Shown here: positions 20,181 to 30,800 of the stretch, in pieces
How positions within the stretch are numbered: the stretch's first letter is position 1
How the letters are laid out: every line of letters starts with the position of its first letter
Assembly: GCA_963791045.1 (NCBI GenBank)
Contig: CAWBQK010000015.1
Coordinates: 96,001 to 160,000 of the forward strand
Source of the DNA: Candidatus Latescibacterota bacterium
Lineage (GTDB): Bacteria > Krumholzibacteriota > Krumholzibacteriia > WVZY01
DNA: 64,000 nt
Reading direction: 5' to 3'
The notes under the pieces: generated by a model
The model's database searches: none
What the model saw: the letters and a program-made list of their open reading frames with translations, nothing else
Told to the model about the DNA's origin: nothing
Program-made: the position numbers and the translations under genes

Positions 20181-21136
20181 CAGGTCCGCGACCCCCGGTT
20201 GTTCACGAGCAGCCGGTACGAATCCACCCACGCAAGTCGATTTCTCCCCGGCCCCTCGGACCTGGATCCAATGGCGAGGAGATTGTCGTTTTCGTCGAGA
20301 ATCCGAATCGCCGGAGCCGATTCTTTCAACCCCATCGACCTCACAACGTCCGTCTGCCCCGGCAGGGCGCCATTCATAAGTGCTTTGACCGCCCGGTCGT
20401 TGATGACGATTCCGGGCAGAAAATCAAGGGCATCCGCCAGTTCCATTCCGGCAAGTCCTTCGGCGTCTCCATCGAAGAGCCGGCCGCTCGGGAACGCATC
20501 GCCGACGTTGAAGGGTCCGACCGCCGTCCGCACGAGCTTTCTGATATGCGCGGGGACGTCCAGCCGCGCGCCGAAGTCCCTCGCCAGCGCCCTGATATAA
20601 GTCCCACGCGAGCAGTTGACCCGGCACCCGACATACGGCAAATCGACCGAGGTAATTTCAAATCCGTAGATGTTGACCTTTTTGCCCTCAACCCGCGGCG
20701 TCTCCCCCGCACGAGCGAGTTCGTAGAGCCGTTTTCCATTTTTCTTGAGGGCCGAGTACGCGGGAGGTTCGAGTATACATTCTCCCAAAAAAGTCTCCGC
20801 CGTCTTCTCAAGATCCTCTGTTGAAAGCTCGGGGCACGGCGCCTCCGCATCAACCTCGCCTTCGGCATCGAGAGTCGTCGTTCCGACGCCAAGAACGATC
20901 TCAAACTCGTACCACTTCCCGAGATCCATAAACTGCTCGACGGTTCGGGTCGCCACTCCCGTGCACAGCACAAGCACGCCTTCGGCAAGCGGGTCGAGCG
21001 TCCCGGTGTGCCCCACCCGGCGAAGCCCGGATACTTTTCTCAACGCCTCAACGACGTCAAACGAGGTCGGGCCGCTTTGTTTGTTGATCACGAATATTTT
21101 GTTGTCAAATTCATTCATGTTTTTTGTCGCGATCAC
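20180..21136 (-). CDS. truB: tRNA pseudouridine(55) synthase
   Basis: GHTGTLDPLAEGVL, PPAYSALK..GKRLYELARAG, CSRGTYIRALARD. Confidence 0.96.
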   Translation of the reverse strand: MIATKNMNEFDNKIFVINKQSGPTSFDVVEALRKVSGLRRVGHTGTLDPLAEGVLVLCTGVATRTVEQFMDLGKWYEFEIVLGVGTTTLDAEGEVDAEAPCPELSTEDLEKTAETFLGECILEPPAYSALKKNGKRLYELARAGETPRVEGKKVNIYGFEITSVDLPYVGCRVNCSRGTYIRALARDFGARLDVPAHIRKLVRTAVGPFNVGDAFPSGRLFDGDAEGLAGMELADALDFLPGIVINDRAVKALMNGALPGQTDVVRSMGLKESAPAIRILDENDNLLAIGSRSEGPGRNRLAWVDSYRLLVNNRGSRT

Positions 21137-21573
21137 TCGCCATCCTGCGTGGTTTCGAGATCTCCATCGTCCTCAGTCGGCCCGGCTTCATCGACATCGT
21201 CTTCGGCGATTTCGCCGTCCGAGAGTCTCTCGTTTCTAATCTGTCCGATGGCATCTTCGATCCGCATCGCCTTGTCGAGTGTATCGTCATAGACGAAACG
21301 CAGGTCGGGCGCCTGGCGAAGTTTCAGTTCGCGCCCGATCGCCGTTCGAAGAAAATTCTTGGCGCTGATGAGTCCCTTTCGCGTCTCGGTGCGCGTGCTT
21401 TCGTCACCCATCACGGTAAAATACACCTTGGCCGTGGCGAGGTCGGGAGCGACCTTGACGGACGTGATCGAGACCAGCCCGATCCTGGGATCCTTGATCT
21501 GACTGAGAATCAAGTCTCCGAGGAGCTCTTTGATCCGTCCATTGATCCGCTCTTTTCTATATGACTTTGCCAT
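21133..21573 (-). CDS. rbfA: Ribosome-binding factor A
   Basis: IKDPRIG.VSIT.V.V.PDL..AKVY, LRQAPDLRFVYD; acidic tail. Confidence 0.95.
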   Translation of the reverse strand: MAKSYRKERINGRIKELLGDLILSQIKDPRIGLVSITSVKVAPDLATAKVYFTVMGDESTRTETRKGLISAKNFLRTAIGRELKLRQAPDLRFVYDDTLDKAMRIEDAIGQIRNERLSDGEIAEDDVDEAGPTEDDGDLETTQDGE

Positions 21574-21589
21574 TTTTTCTCCGGTACCT

Positions 21590-21871
21590 TCAGCGAATCT
21601 CCCGAGTACAGTCGAGAATCGTTATCCGATGGTCCCTCTCCAGGAACTTGAGCACTTTGTCGCAGGTTGATTCGGCAGTTCGCCCATCCACACCAACGGT
21701 AACAATGGCCAGGGCGGCGCGTTGCCACTTGTCGTGATGATCCACTTCTGAAACGGAAACGTTGAACCGCTGGCGCAGTTTCGTTTTCACGCTGTTCAGC
21801 ACGAATCGTTTTTCTTTTAAAGAAGAACGGCCGGGCAGGTGAAGATCTATTGCAAGAAGTTTGACTATCAT
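21590..21871 (-). CDS. DUF503 (YlxP-like) protein
   Basis: SLKEKR..L, FNVSVSEVDHHDKWQRA; usual position between infB and rbfA. Confidence 0.9.
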   Translation of the reverse strand: MIVKLLAIDLHLPGRSSLKEKRFVLNSVKTKLRQRFNVSVSEVDHHDKWQRAALAIVTVGVDGRTAESTCDKVLKFLERDHRITILDCTREIR

Positions 21872-21895
21872 GATTTGATTCGGCGAATCAAATCA
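21871..21895. repeat. Perfect 11-bp inverted repeat abutting the DUF503 start codon
   Basis: TGATTTGATTC-GGC-GAATCAAATCA. Confidence 0.7.
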
Positions 21896-21907
21896 GCTCG
21901 CGGAGGA

Positions 21908-24610
21908 TCACACAACCTTTGCTTTTTCTTCGATCACATAGGCCTCGACAATGTCGCCTTCGCGCAAGTCGCTGATGCCCGCAACACCGATCCCGCATTC
22001 GAAGTCCTTTTGAACGTCCCTGACGTCATCCTGAAAACGTTTGAGGGAGGATAGCTTTCCGTCAAAAATCTCTTCCTCGTCGCGGAGAACCCTGACCTGG
22101 GCATTTCGGTTTATGGTCCCTTCGATGACAAACGAGCCTGCGATGAGTCCCAAACGGGAAATCCTGAAAATCTGACGAACTTCGGCGCGTCCAAGAACAC
22201 GTTCGACCATTACCGGCTCGAGCATTCCGTGAAGCGCCTCGTCAACTTCAGAAATACACTCGTAAATCACGTCGTACGCGCGAATCTCAATGCTTTCCTT
22301 CGAGGCGGCGTTAAGAGCCTCGGGAGAAACCTTCACGCCAAAGGCGATGATAATCGCGTCCGAGCTGTCCGCCAACAACACATCTGACTCGTTGACGACT
22401 CCGACACCCGAGTGAATTACCTTCACCCCGATATCCTCAACGGTGAGTAACGACAGGTTGTCGCTCAACGCTTCTATCGATCCGTTCGTGTCGCCCTTTA
22501 TGATCAACCTGAGTTCTTTTACCGCGCCTTCCTCGAACTGTGTGTACAACTCTTCGAGGGTCAGCTTCTTTGTCATTCTTCTGTCCCGGTCTTTCGCGGC
22601 TTGCTGCCTGAGAAGACTGAGATCTCGAGCTTCGCGCTCGCTCGCCACAACGGTCATCTTGTCCCCCGCTTCGGGGAGTCCGTTGCTACCGAGAACCAGA
22701 ACGGGCATCGCCGGCAGCGCTTCCTTTATCGGCTTGCCGCGGTGATCGAACAAAGCGCGGACCTTGCCGTAATGGTGTCCAATAACGAAAATATTTCCAA
22801 TGCGGAGAGTTCCCTGAGTAACGAGGACCGTGCAGAGATTCCCGCGGCCCTCCTCCTTTTTTACTTCAACGACCACGCCAAATGCGGACGCATCGGCGTC
22901 GGCCTTGAGTTCGAGGAGATCCGCCTGCAGAAGAATCATTTCGAGGAGCTTATCGATCCCGTCACCCGTCTTCGCCGACACCTCGACAAAAATAACATCT
23001 CCGCCGAATTCCTCCGCGACCACTTCGTGTTCCATCAGCTGCGTCTTAACATTCGCAGGATTCGCTCCGGGCAAATCCATTTTGTTGACGGCAACGACCA
23101 ACGGCACCTCGGCGTCCCTCGCATGGTTGACCGCTTCGCGGGTCTGCGGCATCACACCGTCGTCCGCTGCAACAACCAGAACTACGATGTCGGTGATCTG
23201 CGCGCCGCGTGCGCGCATCGCCGTGAACGCTTCGTGACCCGGCGTATCGACAAAGGTGATCTTCCCCTTGGGCAGATCAACTTCGTACGCGCCGATGTGC
23301 TGTGTAATACCGCCCGCTTCACCCGCGGCGACTCTAGTCTTCCGGATAAAGTCGAGGATCGACGTTTTGCCGTGGTCGACATGGCCCATCACGGTTACGA
23401 TCGGTGATCTTGGCGTAAATCGGCTCTCGTCGATGTCCTTTTCGGGCTTGAGCAGACTTTCGATTTCGTCGGCGACGAATTCCACGTTCATTTCGAGATC
23501 ATCCGCGATGATCTCGATCGTTTCCCTGTCGAGCCCCTGGTTGATCGTCGCTGTGATCCCCAGGTCGAGGCATCTCATTATAATATCGTTCGCGTCCGCC
23601 TTAAAAAGATCCGCAAGTTCGCGGACGGTCTGTCCTTCGACGACCTGAACGGCCTTCTCGGCGACTTCGCCGTCTTCAAGCGGCTTGCTCTTGCGTCGTT
23701 TGGTCTTGCGGGTGGTGTCTATCTTCGCCAGGGTCCGGCGAACACTCTCCCTCACCGCGCGTTCCTGAGCTTCAACATCGACGGGATCTTTTTTCTTTCC
23801 ACCCCTGCCCTTGCGGGGCGGCAACTGCTGTTCCGGTCGGCGTTTCTTCTCTGCTACCGGCCGCCGCGGATGTTCCGCCTTCTTTTCTTTGTCGGGCGCC
23901 TTGGCCGGCTTTGATACTTTGGTGTGTTCTTTTACTTCGGATCCCCGAGTCTTTTCCTTTGGTTTTGCGTCCGCCCGATGCGCCTCTTTTGGTTTTGGTT
24001 TTGGTTCGGGCTTTGGCTCGGGCTTTGGGGGCTCCGCCTGGACAATTACTCTCCCAGGAGCCTTTGGGCGTCCTTTCAAAACGGGATCGGACGTAATGAT
24101 ATCGAGGGTCGCCGACTTTTTGGATTTTTCAGCCGCTTTGTCTTCCGGTTTCTCCGCCGCGGATTTTTCTTCCTTTTTCGCTTCTACTTTGGCCTTATCG
24201 GCTTCCTCTGGTTTCTCCGGCTCCACCTTAGGCTTCGAATGCACCTTCTTTTCAACAACGGCCTTTTTTCCCGACTTGGTCTTGACCGTCACCGTACGGG
24301 TGGTCTGATCACCATCGGTTCTAATCTCTTCGGTCTTCACCGTGGTCACATCGGCCTTGCGAACAATCTTCACTTTTTTTGACGATGCCTTCTTCGCCGC
24401 GGTAGCTTCCTTATTGGCCAGCGACACTTTGGCTTCTTTGGCCTTAGCGGCGATCTTTGGCGGAAGTTTGAAGTGCTCGCTGATTTCCACGAGCATCCCG
24501 TCGTCGAGACGGCTCATGTGGCTCTTGACCTCGAAACCGGCAATAAGCAGCAGATCGACGAGGACCTCGCTCTTGGCGTTGAGTTGTTTTGCTAGCTCAT
24601 ATATTCGCAT
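21908..24610 (-). CDS. infB: Translation initiation factor IF-2
   Basis: MRIYELAK N-terminus, [41 protein letters not shown]. Confidence 0.98.
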   Translation of the reverse strand: MRIYELAKQLNAKSEVLVDLLLIAGFEVKSHMSRLDDGMLVEISEHFKLPPKIAAKAKEAKVSLANKEATAAKKASSKKVKIVRKADVTTVKTEEIRTDGDQTTRTVTVKTKSGKKAVVEKKVHSKPKVEPEKPEEADKAKVEAKKEEKSAAEKPEDKAAEKSKKSATLDIITSDPVLKGRPKAPGRVIVQAEPPKPEPKPEPKPKPKEAHRADAKPKEKTRGSEVKEHTKVSKPAKAPDKEKKAEHPRRPVAEKKRRPEQQLPPRKGRGGKKKDPVDVEAQERAVRESVRRTLAKIDTTRKTKRRKSKPLEDGEVAEKAVQVVEGQTVRELADLFKADANDIIMRCLDLGITATINQGLDRETIEIIADDLEMNVEFVADEIESLLKPEKDIDESRFTPRSPIVTVMGHVDHGKTSILDFIRKTRVAAGEAGGITQHIGAYEVDLPKGKITFVDTPGHEAFTAMRARGAQITDIVVLVVAADDGVMPQTREAVNHARDAEVPLVVAVNKMDLPGANPANVKTQLMEHEVVAEEFGGDVIFVEVSAKTGDGIDKLLEMILLQADLLELKADADASAFGVVVEVKKEEGRGNLCTVLVTQGTLRIGNIFVIGHHYGKVRALFDHRGKPIKEALPAMPVLVLGSNGLPEAGDKMTVVASEREARDLSLLRQQAAKDRDRRMTKKLTLEELYTQFEEGAVKELRLIIKGDTNGSIEALSDNLSLLTVEDIGVKVIHSGVGVVNESDVLLADSSDAIIIAFGVKVSPEALNAASKESIEIRAYDVIYECISEVDEALHGMLEPVMVERVLGRAEVRQIFRISRLGLIAGSFVIEGTINRNAQVRVLRDEEEIFDGKLSSLKRFQDDVRDVQKDFECGIGVAGISDLREGDIVEAYVIEEKAKVV

Positions 24611-24644
24611 CTAAGAAAGCTCCAATAAGGGCGGAACCCGTGCC

Positions 24645-26257
24645 CTAAGTTGCGTCTCCCTGCCGGGGAGGCTCGTCCGACTCTTCCTCGCTTGCCGGCG
24701 ACAGAGTCTCTTCCTCGGTAACATCGGTTTCTTCGGTTTCTTCGGTGGCTTCTGTTTCTTCGGCGGTCTCCACCTGATCCGCATCGGCATCAGCGGCCTT
24801 TTCCTCGGGCTCGTCGCCATCGGAATCATCGGCCGGCTCATCATCATCTATCGTGTCTGCAAACAGGGTTTCCTCCGTGAGTTTCGCCGGGGGAGCCTTT
24901 TTTACACCATCTTCGTCCGTGGGCGTGTCATCGTCGAAGAGCGGTTTCTCATCAATCTTGGCGCGCTCGCGTTCCTCGTTTTCTTTATCCATCAACTCTA
25001 CGAGAGCCTTCTCCAGCTCCTCGATCGTGCCGGTAGCCGTCTCCATGAGCTTCGCCACCGTTTTGGGACCCATGCCGGGGATTTCGAGAATATCTTCTTC
25101 GGACGTTTTGGCGAACTTCTGAACGGTGCTGATACCTGCCGCCTTGAGTTTCTCGGCAATCCTGTCTGTGACGCCAACCATTTCCTCGATCGACATCGTG
25201 AGGTGCTCCTGCAGCCGTTCGCGTTGTTCGAGATCGCGGGTCGTCGTAAGATCGATCTGCCACCCGGAAAGCTTTGATGCCAAGCGAACGTTCTGACCGT
25301 CTTTGCCGATGGCGAGCGAAAGCTGATCTTCCTCGACAACAACCAGGACGTTCCTGTCATCGGAGTAGACGCGCACCGAAGAAATCTTCGCAGGGGAAAG
25401 CGCGCGGCTCACAAACGCCGGCACGTCCTCGCTCCAGGGCACGATATCAATCCGCTCACCGCTGAGTTCGTTGACAACCGCCTGGACGCGGGATCCTTTC
25501 ATTCCGACGCACGCACCCACCGCGTCAACGCGTTCGTCACGCGAATAAACGGCGATCTTCGAACGTCCGCCGGCTTCACGGGCGACGCTCTTGATATCGA
25601 TTATTCCCTCGTATATCTCCGGGACTTCCTGAGCAAAGAGCTTCTTGAGGAACTCGGGGCTCGTACGCGACAGGGTAATCATCGGCCCCTTGGCCTCTTT
25701 GTCCACCCTGACGATGCACGCGCGAATCGAGGACCCCTGGTTGTATCTTTCGCGTCGTATCTGTTCCTTCTTCGGCATCGTCGCCTCGGCGTTGCCAAGG
25801 TTGACGAGGATACCGTTTCTGTCGATTTGCTGGACGGACCCCGAAACGATCTCACCGACCCGGTTTTCGTATTCCTCGAACGTTCTGTCACGCTCGAACT
25901 CCCGGATCTTCTGCGTGAGAATCTGCTTGGCGATCTGAATCGCGTTGCGGCCGAATTCGGCGAAGGGCATGTAAATCTTAATTATGTCGCCGGGCCTGGC
26001 CTCTTCATCGTATTCCTGCGCCTCTTCGAGCGAAATTTCCAACGGCGGACTCTCTACCTCTTCGACAACTGTCTTCAACAGGTAAAGCTCAATATTTCCC
26101 TTTGCCGTCCTCCATTACCTCAACCTCGGCGGCGCTCCCCATTTTCTTCTTCACCGCGGAAGAGAAACCGGCCGAGAGGGTTTCCATCAAGACGTCTTTG
26201 TCTATACGTTTTTCGACGGATGAGATCGTTAAATGCTTCGGAAAACTGCGGGTTCAT
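24645..26257 (-). CDS. nusA: Transcription termination/antitermination factor NusA (two apparent +1 indels near the 5' end)
   Basis: ATG at 26257 overlaps the rimP stop (MNPQFSEAFNDL). Next frame gives SVEKRIDKDVLMETL..AVKKK, then GNIELYLLKTVV. Shifts at about 26220 and 26100. Downstream FGRNAIQ, EVPEIYEG, GACVGMKGSRV, LAIGKDGQNVRLA. Confidence 0.95.
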
Positions 26258-26757
26258 TTTCGGCCGTCCTTCACCTTTCTGGACCGTTTCTGTTTCTTAT
26301 CGATCTTGTATTCCTGAGCGAAAAGGTTGGCTTTTATGATGTCCGCCAGCCGGATTTTCTTTTCGCCATCATCGGTGTCCATCACGAGGACGCCATCCAC
26401 ACACGAGAGAATAGGCCCCGTGTATGTCTTTTTTCCTTCCGCTGGATCCACAAACTGGACCCGGGCTTCGCTCCCGGTAAAGCGGACAAAGTGCTCTTCT
26501 TTGGCAAGCGGCCTGTTGCTTCCCGGCGACGAGACCTCGAGAAGATATCGGCCCGGAAAAGGGTCGAGATTGTCGAGAACAAGTCCGAGCGCACGGCTCA
26601 CCATCATGCAGTGTTTGACACTCACACCCTCGTCGCGATCGATGTAAAGCCGAACGATTGGGCTCCGGGGACTACCCACGATTTCGAGCTTCACACATTC
26701 AAACCCCAGGATCTCCAACTCTGGTGCTATGACCTTCTCTAACTCACTGTTGTTCAT
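26254..26757 (-). CDS. rimP: Ribosome maturation factor RimP
   Basis: VRLYIDRDEGVSVKHC..VSR, YLLEVSSPG.NRPL; ATG at 26757. Confidence 0.95.
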   Translation of the reverse strand: MNNSELEKVIAPELEILGFECVKLEIVGSPRSPIVRLYIDRDEGVSVKHCMMVSRALGLVLDNLDPFPGRYLLEVSSPGSNRPLAKEEHFVRFTGSEARVQFVDPAEGKKTYTGPILSCVDGVLVMDTDDGEKKIRLADIIKANLFAQEYKIDKKQKRSRKVKDGRK

Positions 26758-26814
26758 AGAAGTACACCTGATGGAGAGAAAAATCGGGGCTCTGCGTCCG
26801 GTAGCGAACAGGAT

Positions 26815-26845
26815 ATGAAAAAAGTGGGCCCCCGCGCCCACTCAT
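26815..26845 (-). promoter_or_regulatory. rimP leader (terminator-like hairpin)
   Basis: AGUGGGC-gcgggg-GCCCACU followed by a U-run upstream of rimP, matching the described GGGc..gCCC rimP-leader. Confidence 0.75.
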
Positions 26846-26892
26846 ACATCCAACAATGTAATACCAGAAACGGCTGATGTTGCAAGCAAAAC

Positions 26893-27868
26893 TTAAAAAG
26901 AAAAGTTATATAGAAAGTCCACCATGAGGGTCCCAACCTGCCGCAGAGTCTCGACCGAACATTTGTCCGGGGTGTCTTCGAGCGTGTGCCAATACTCGTA
27001 CGGAAAATGGATGAGGTCCACCGTCGGGATTCCCGCCAGCAGGAGTGGTATGTGGTCGTCATACATCGGCTGAGTTCGTTGACTTACGAATATGTCCAAT
27101 CCCAGCGTTTCGGCCCTCGCGAACAGGTCTTTGGTCAGCGTCCGGTTCGCTGCCGAGCGAATTGCCCTCCTGGAGAATCCGCGCATCCGCGGCACCGACC
27201 ATGTCGAGAAGCATGCCGCACACGGGGTGATATCCCTCAAGATTGGCCGCAAAGTGTTTAGAACCAAGAAGATAGTATTCGAGGTCGCCCTCTTTCCCAT
27301 AGTCCTCGCCATCAAAGAACACCAGATCGACGCCAATTCCCTTTGGAAGCCTGACGGACATGATGTCGGCGAGCTCCAGCAGCACCGCGACCCCGCTGGC
27401 CCCATCGTTGGCGCCCAAAATGGGCATGTTGCGGAGACTGTCCGCCTCCTCCTGGTCGGCCCGCGGCCGCGTGTCGAAATGAGCGGCGAGAAGCACGCGT
27501 TTTGTTTGATCGGGGGCGAAACTGCCAATAACATTGACGAGATTGAGTGTGCGATCACCGTAAGGATCGCTTCGCTTGAACCGCTGGAGAGACACATCCG
27601 CTCCCCGGCTCTTCAGATGATTTGCGATATACAGTACCGTGCTGTCGTGCGCGGCCGTATTGGGCGGCCGTGGTCCGAATTCGCACTGGTCAACGAGATA
27701 CCGCCACGACGGCTCGCCCGTAAACTCGATTTGCTCGTCGGCCGAGCAGCCAACGACGGAGAGAATGGCGAGGAGCAGGCATGCGAAGGGAACGGCGAAA
27801 GCACTAAAACGTAAACGTCGCGGTGATCCCGATACGAACGATGGTAGTTGTCTGATCCGATGCTTCAT
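26893..27868 (-). CDS. M28-family lipoprotein, Bacteroidota-type glutaminyl cyclase-like (one frameshift at about 27154)
   Basis: Lipobox VVGC, QCEFGPRPPNTAAH, AHFDTRP, GANDGASGVAVLLELA, FFDGEDYG, LLDMVG; then in the shifted frame DDHIP and YWHTLEDT. ATG 27868 has an AAGGA SD and overlaps the sprA 3' end. Confidence 0.85.
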
Positions 27869-30800
27869 TGTGGGTCCTTGTAAAATCCGTAAACAGCGAA
27901 CCGTTGAGCGCCCGCGAGAAGTTGTAGGTAAGCCGCGGGGAAATTCCGAACGATGTCGTTCCGGGTATCGAGATAAAACGGCCCGGTCCCCCCGAAGAAC
28001 GACGTCCGCCGGTTTTGGAGAAATTACCATTAACGCTCGTGTCCAGTCTACTCTTGAGCGTCTTGTTTCGCAAGAACGGCAGGGGTATCTTTACCGCATT
28101 TCCGGGTGTGAAAGAATATTTCATATCCGCGGACACACGAAGATTCGTGTTCTCCGTTACGGACCCGCGGGTATCATTCATGTCTTTTCCGTACTGGACA
28201 CCAATCGTGCTCCGGATGCCGTTTTTCCACTGGAAGATGATCGACGGCGTCAAACTCTGGTTTTCACTCGTGTTCTCGAGAACACTATTCCTCTCGGATT
28301 CACGGGTCGTTTTGTTGTATGTCAGAGTGGCGCTCGTCGCCGTAAACAACCCTCGGAACGGGCCAAACTTTTCCAGCCCCTTCCAGCTCACGCTGATATC
28401 CGGCCATGTCATGTTTCTCGACTCAGTATTGGCCTCACGAAACGTCGTCGAGGTCGCCGAGCGGTTGAACCGCGCCGCGACATCAATGTTGCTGGTCAGC
28501 TGGACGCCTGAATCAAGCGTCAACCCCACAGTTTCTGAGTCGCGTTCGGGCGTATCGAGTTCTTCTCCCCTGTACATGACTCCGCTATTCGTGGTCAGGC
28601 CAAACTGGTAGGCCAGCGACGGCCGCCCTGGAATTCGCGAATAGGAGTTCGCCGTCCGTTGCGACACGGACGCGTTTATCTTTCGGATGCTGGCAAATAT
28701 TCCCGTCACTTTCTTCACGGCGAAAAGCGGGCTTATCTTGCGTTTGCTTTTTGTGGAATCGCTTTCCGCGACCGCGCCGCCGCTGGTCCCAGTTGTATCG
28801 ATTGGAGCGGCCCCCAACCCCCTTGGCTGGGGGTTGGCATTCGGATCTTCTTTCTCCATCAAACCCACGGCGCCAAAAATATTGCCCAGGTATCGTCCGA
28901 TGTCGAACCTGAGCTTTAGGCTGAATATCACGGTTCGCCGACACGTTACGCACGCCGTTCGGGTCGCCGGGTTTCTGAATGTTGGGACTGGCATCTTCGC
29001 GATAGCCCGCGCTGTAGTTGATGTCCGGGCTGAACGCCTTTATGAGAAACATCGGCGGTGGCTTGTAGTTCGCCTGGAACGAGTGGTTCCGGTTCGTCTC
29101 GGTGCCGATATCGATCCCCATCCATTCGTGGGGAAGCTTGAGATCGCGTTGGGTCTGCATCCTGAACGAGGATGTCAGCGAAGTAATCGGCACGTAAGTA
29201 ATGGAGCCCGATTCGCCTATTCCCGCGTTCCACACGAGCGGATCGGGGGACAGGCGTCCACCGACCGTTCGATATCGCTGTCCTTTCGTCCGGGATGCAT
29301 TGACGCGGTAATTGAAAGAATTCGGCCAGTAGCGAATTCCAAAATTCTTGAACAACCGCAGCCTGTGCTTACCGCTGAACGTGATCGAGTAGTCGAGTGT
29401 CCCGCTCATGGTCAGTGTCGTGTCCGCGCTCGACGGTGTTTTCTGACGCGACTGACTCATCGAGTAGTTCGCCTTGAGTTTGTCGAATGAATATTTGAGG
29501 AGCGGGTTTTTTGAACCGCTCCTGGTGAGCGTGGTGCTGAATCCACGGAGGGTGGTTTGGCTCTTCATGCTGTCCTGAACGGCAGAGTCCGAAATCTCGG
29601 TATCGCTGTTCGGCATAAATTTGGGCAGATTCGTGTTCTGGCTGAAACTCCCCGTCACGGGCACTTTGAAACCGAACAACGGGAAAAAATGTTCGATGCT
29701 CGTTTTGGCGCTGAGCGACACGGAGTTCGTGTTGGTGCCGCTTCCCCTTTTTTGACCGAACGGAGTATAATCCGCGCCCGTTTGCTGCCAGCTTCCACTA
29801 AGGGAAATCACATTCCCCATGTTCAGCGAACCTGTCACACGCTGGGCCGTATCGATATCCCGTCTTCGATTTCCGAGGTAAATATCGTTGATCCACACTT
29901 CGCCCGTCACCGACCGGTCACTCTTGTTCCGGAGCCCGGCGTAGAGGAAGCGGACGTTAAACATACTCGGTTTGTTCGGCCGCCCGACCATGCGAACGGT
30001 ATACGTTCTGCTCGGATCGGCCATGTCCTGCGCCGTTCCGACAACAACCGAGTCATCCGGCTCGAACTTGAGATCGGAGAAATCGGCAAGATCCACGAGA
30101 ACTCGAGACCAGTTGCCATCGCTGAAAAACTGGGATGTCAGGGGGATCTGTATTTCGTAGAACGTGAGGCTGTCGAACGCCATCCGGAAAAAATACTCCA
30201 GGTCAGGATCTATCTTGTCCGTATGAACGAACATGTTGAGATCCTGGTATGTCGAAAAGTCCAACCCCGCCCCGGTGAACCGTTTTCGAATTCGCCACGA
30301 GTGGCCCGGAGCGATGTTTTCATAGTCTACGAGAAGCGACTGTTCTTTTTCCGCGATGTCGTTCTGAATGTTCGGCTGGACCGGCGGGTTGTATTTCGTC
30401 GGGTCCGTTTTGGTGCTTATGACACCGAGCGCGAATCTCTCGATAAGCGTGTCGGGCATTACGACAAGGCTATCGGCGAGCGTTCTGAGACCGTCCTCAT
30501 CCCACCGGTTGCCGACGAACTTGAAGCCGCATATCTGGATCCTGCTCCGGCGCGGGCTCACGGTGTCGCTTATGTGATCGAACCAGATTCTCATGTGTTT
30601 GATCTGTTCGATCGCCGGCTTCCCGTCTTTCTTGATTTCGGCGTAATCTCCGAGATTAATACGGTACTGCCGCCAGGAATCCAGACTGTCGGTGTAGAAG
30701 TCATTCGGCGGGTTGAAATCCCTGCGAACATCGACCACCGCGCTGTCGGACAAATCGATGATATAGGTAAAGTATGCGTTCGCCGTTTCAAGCTGCCCCG

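Noticed and set aside
23985-24035. Short tandem repeats in infB (PKPE/PKPK)
   Set aside because: Low-complexity protein linker, not a CRISPR or mobile repeat.
28585-28994. sprA as two separate genes
   Set aside because: Removing one base at about 28925 gives a continuous barrel ending in the typical C-terminal Phe; the alternative tail looks out of frame.
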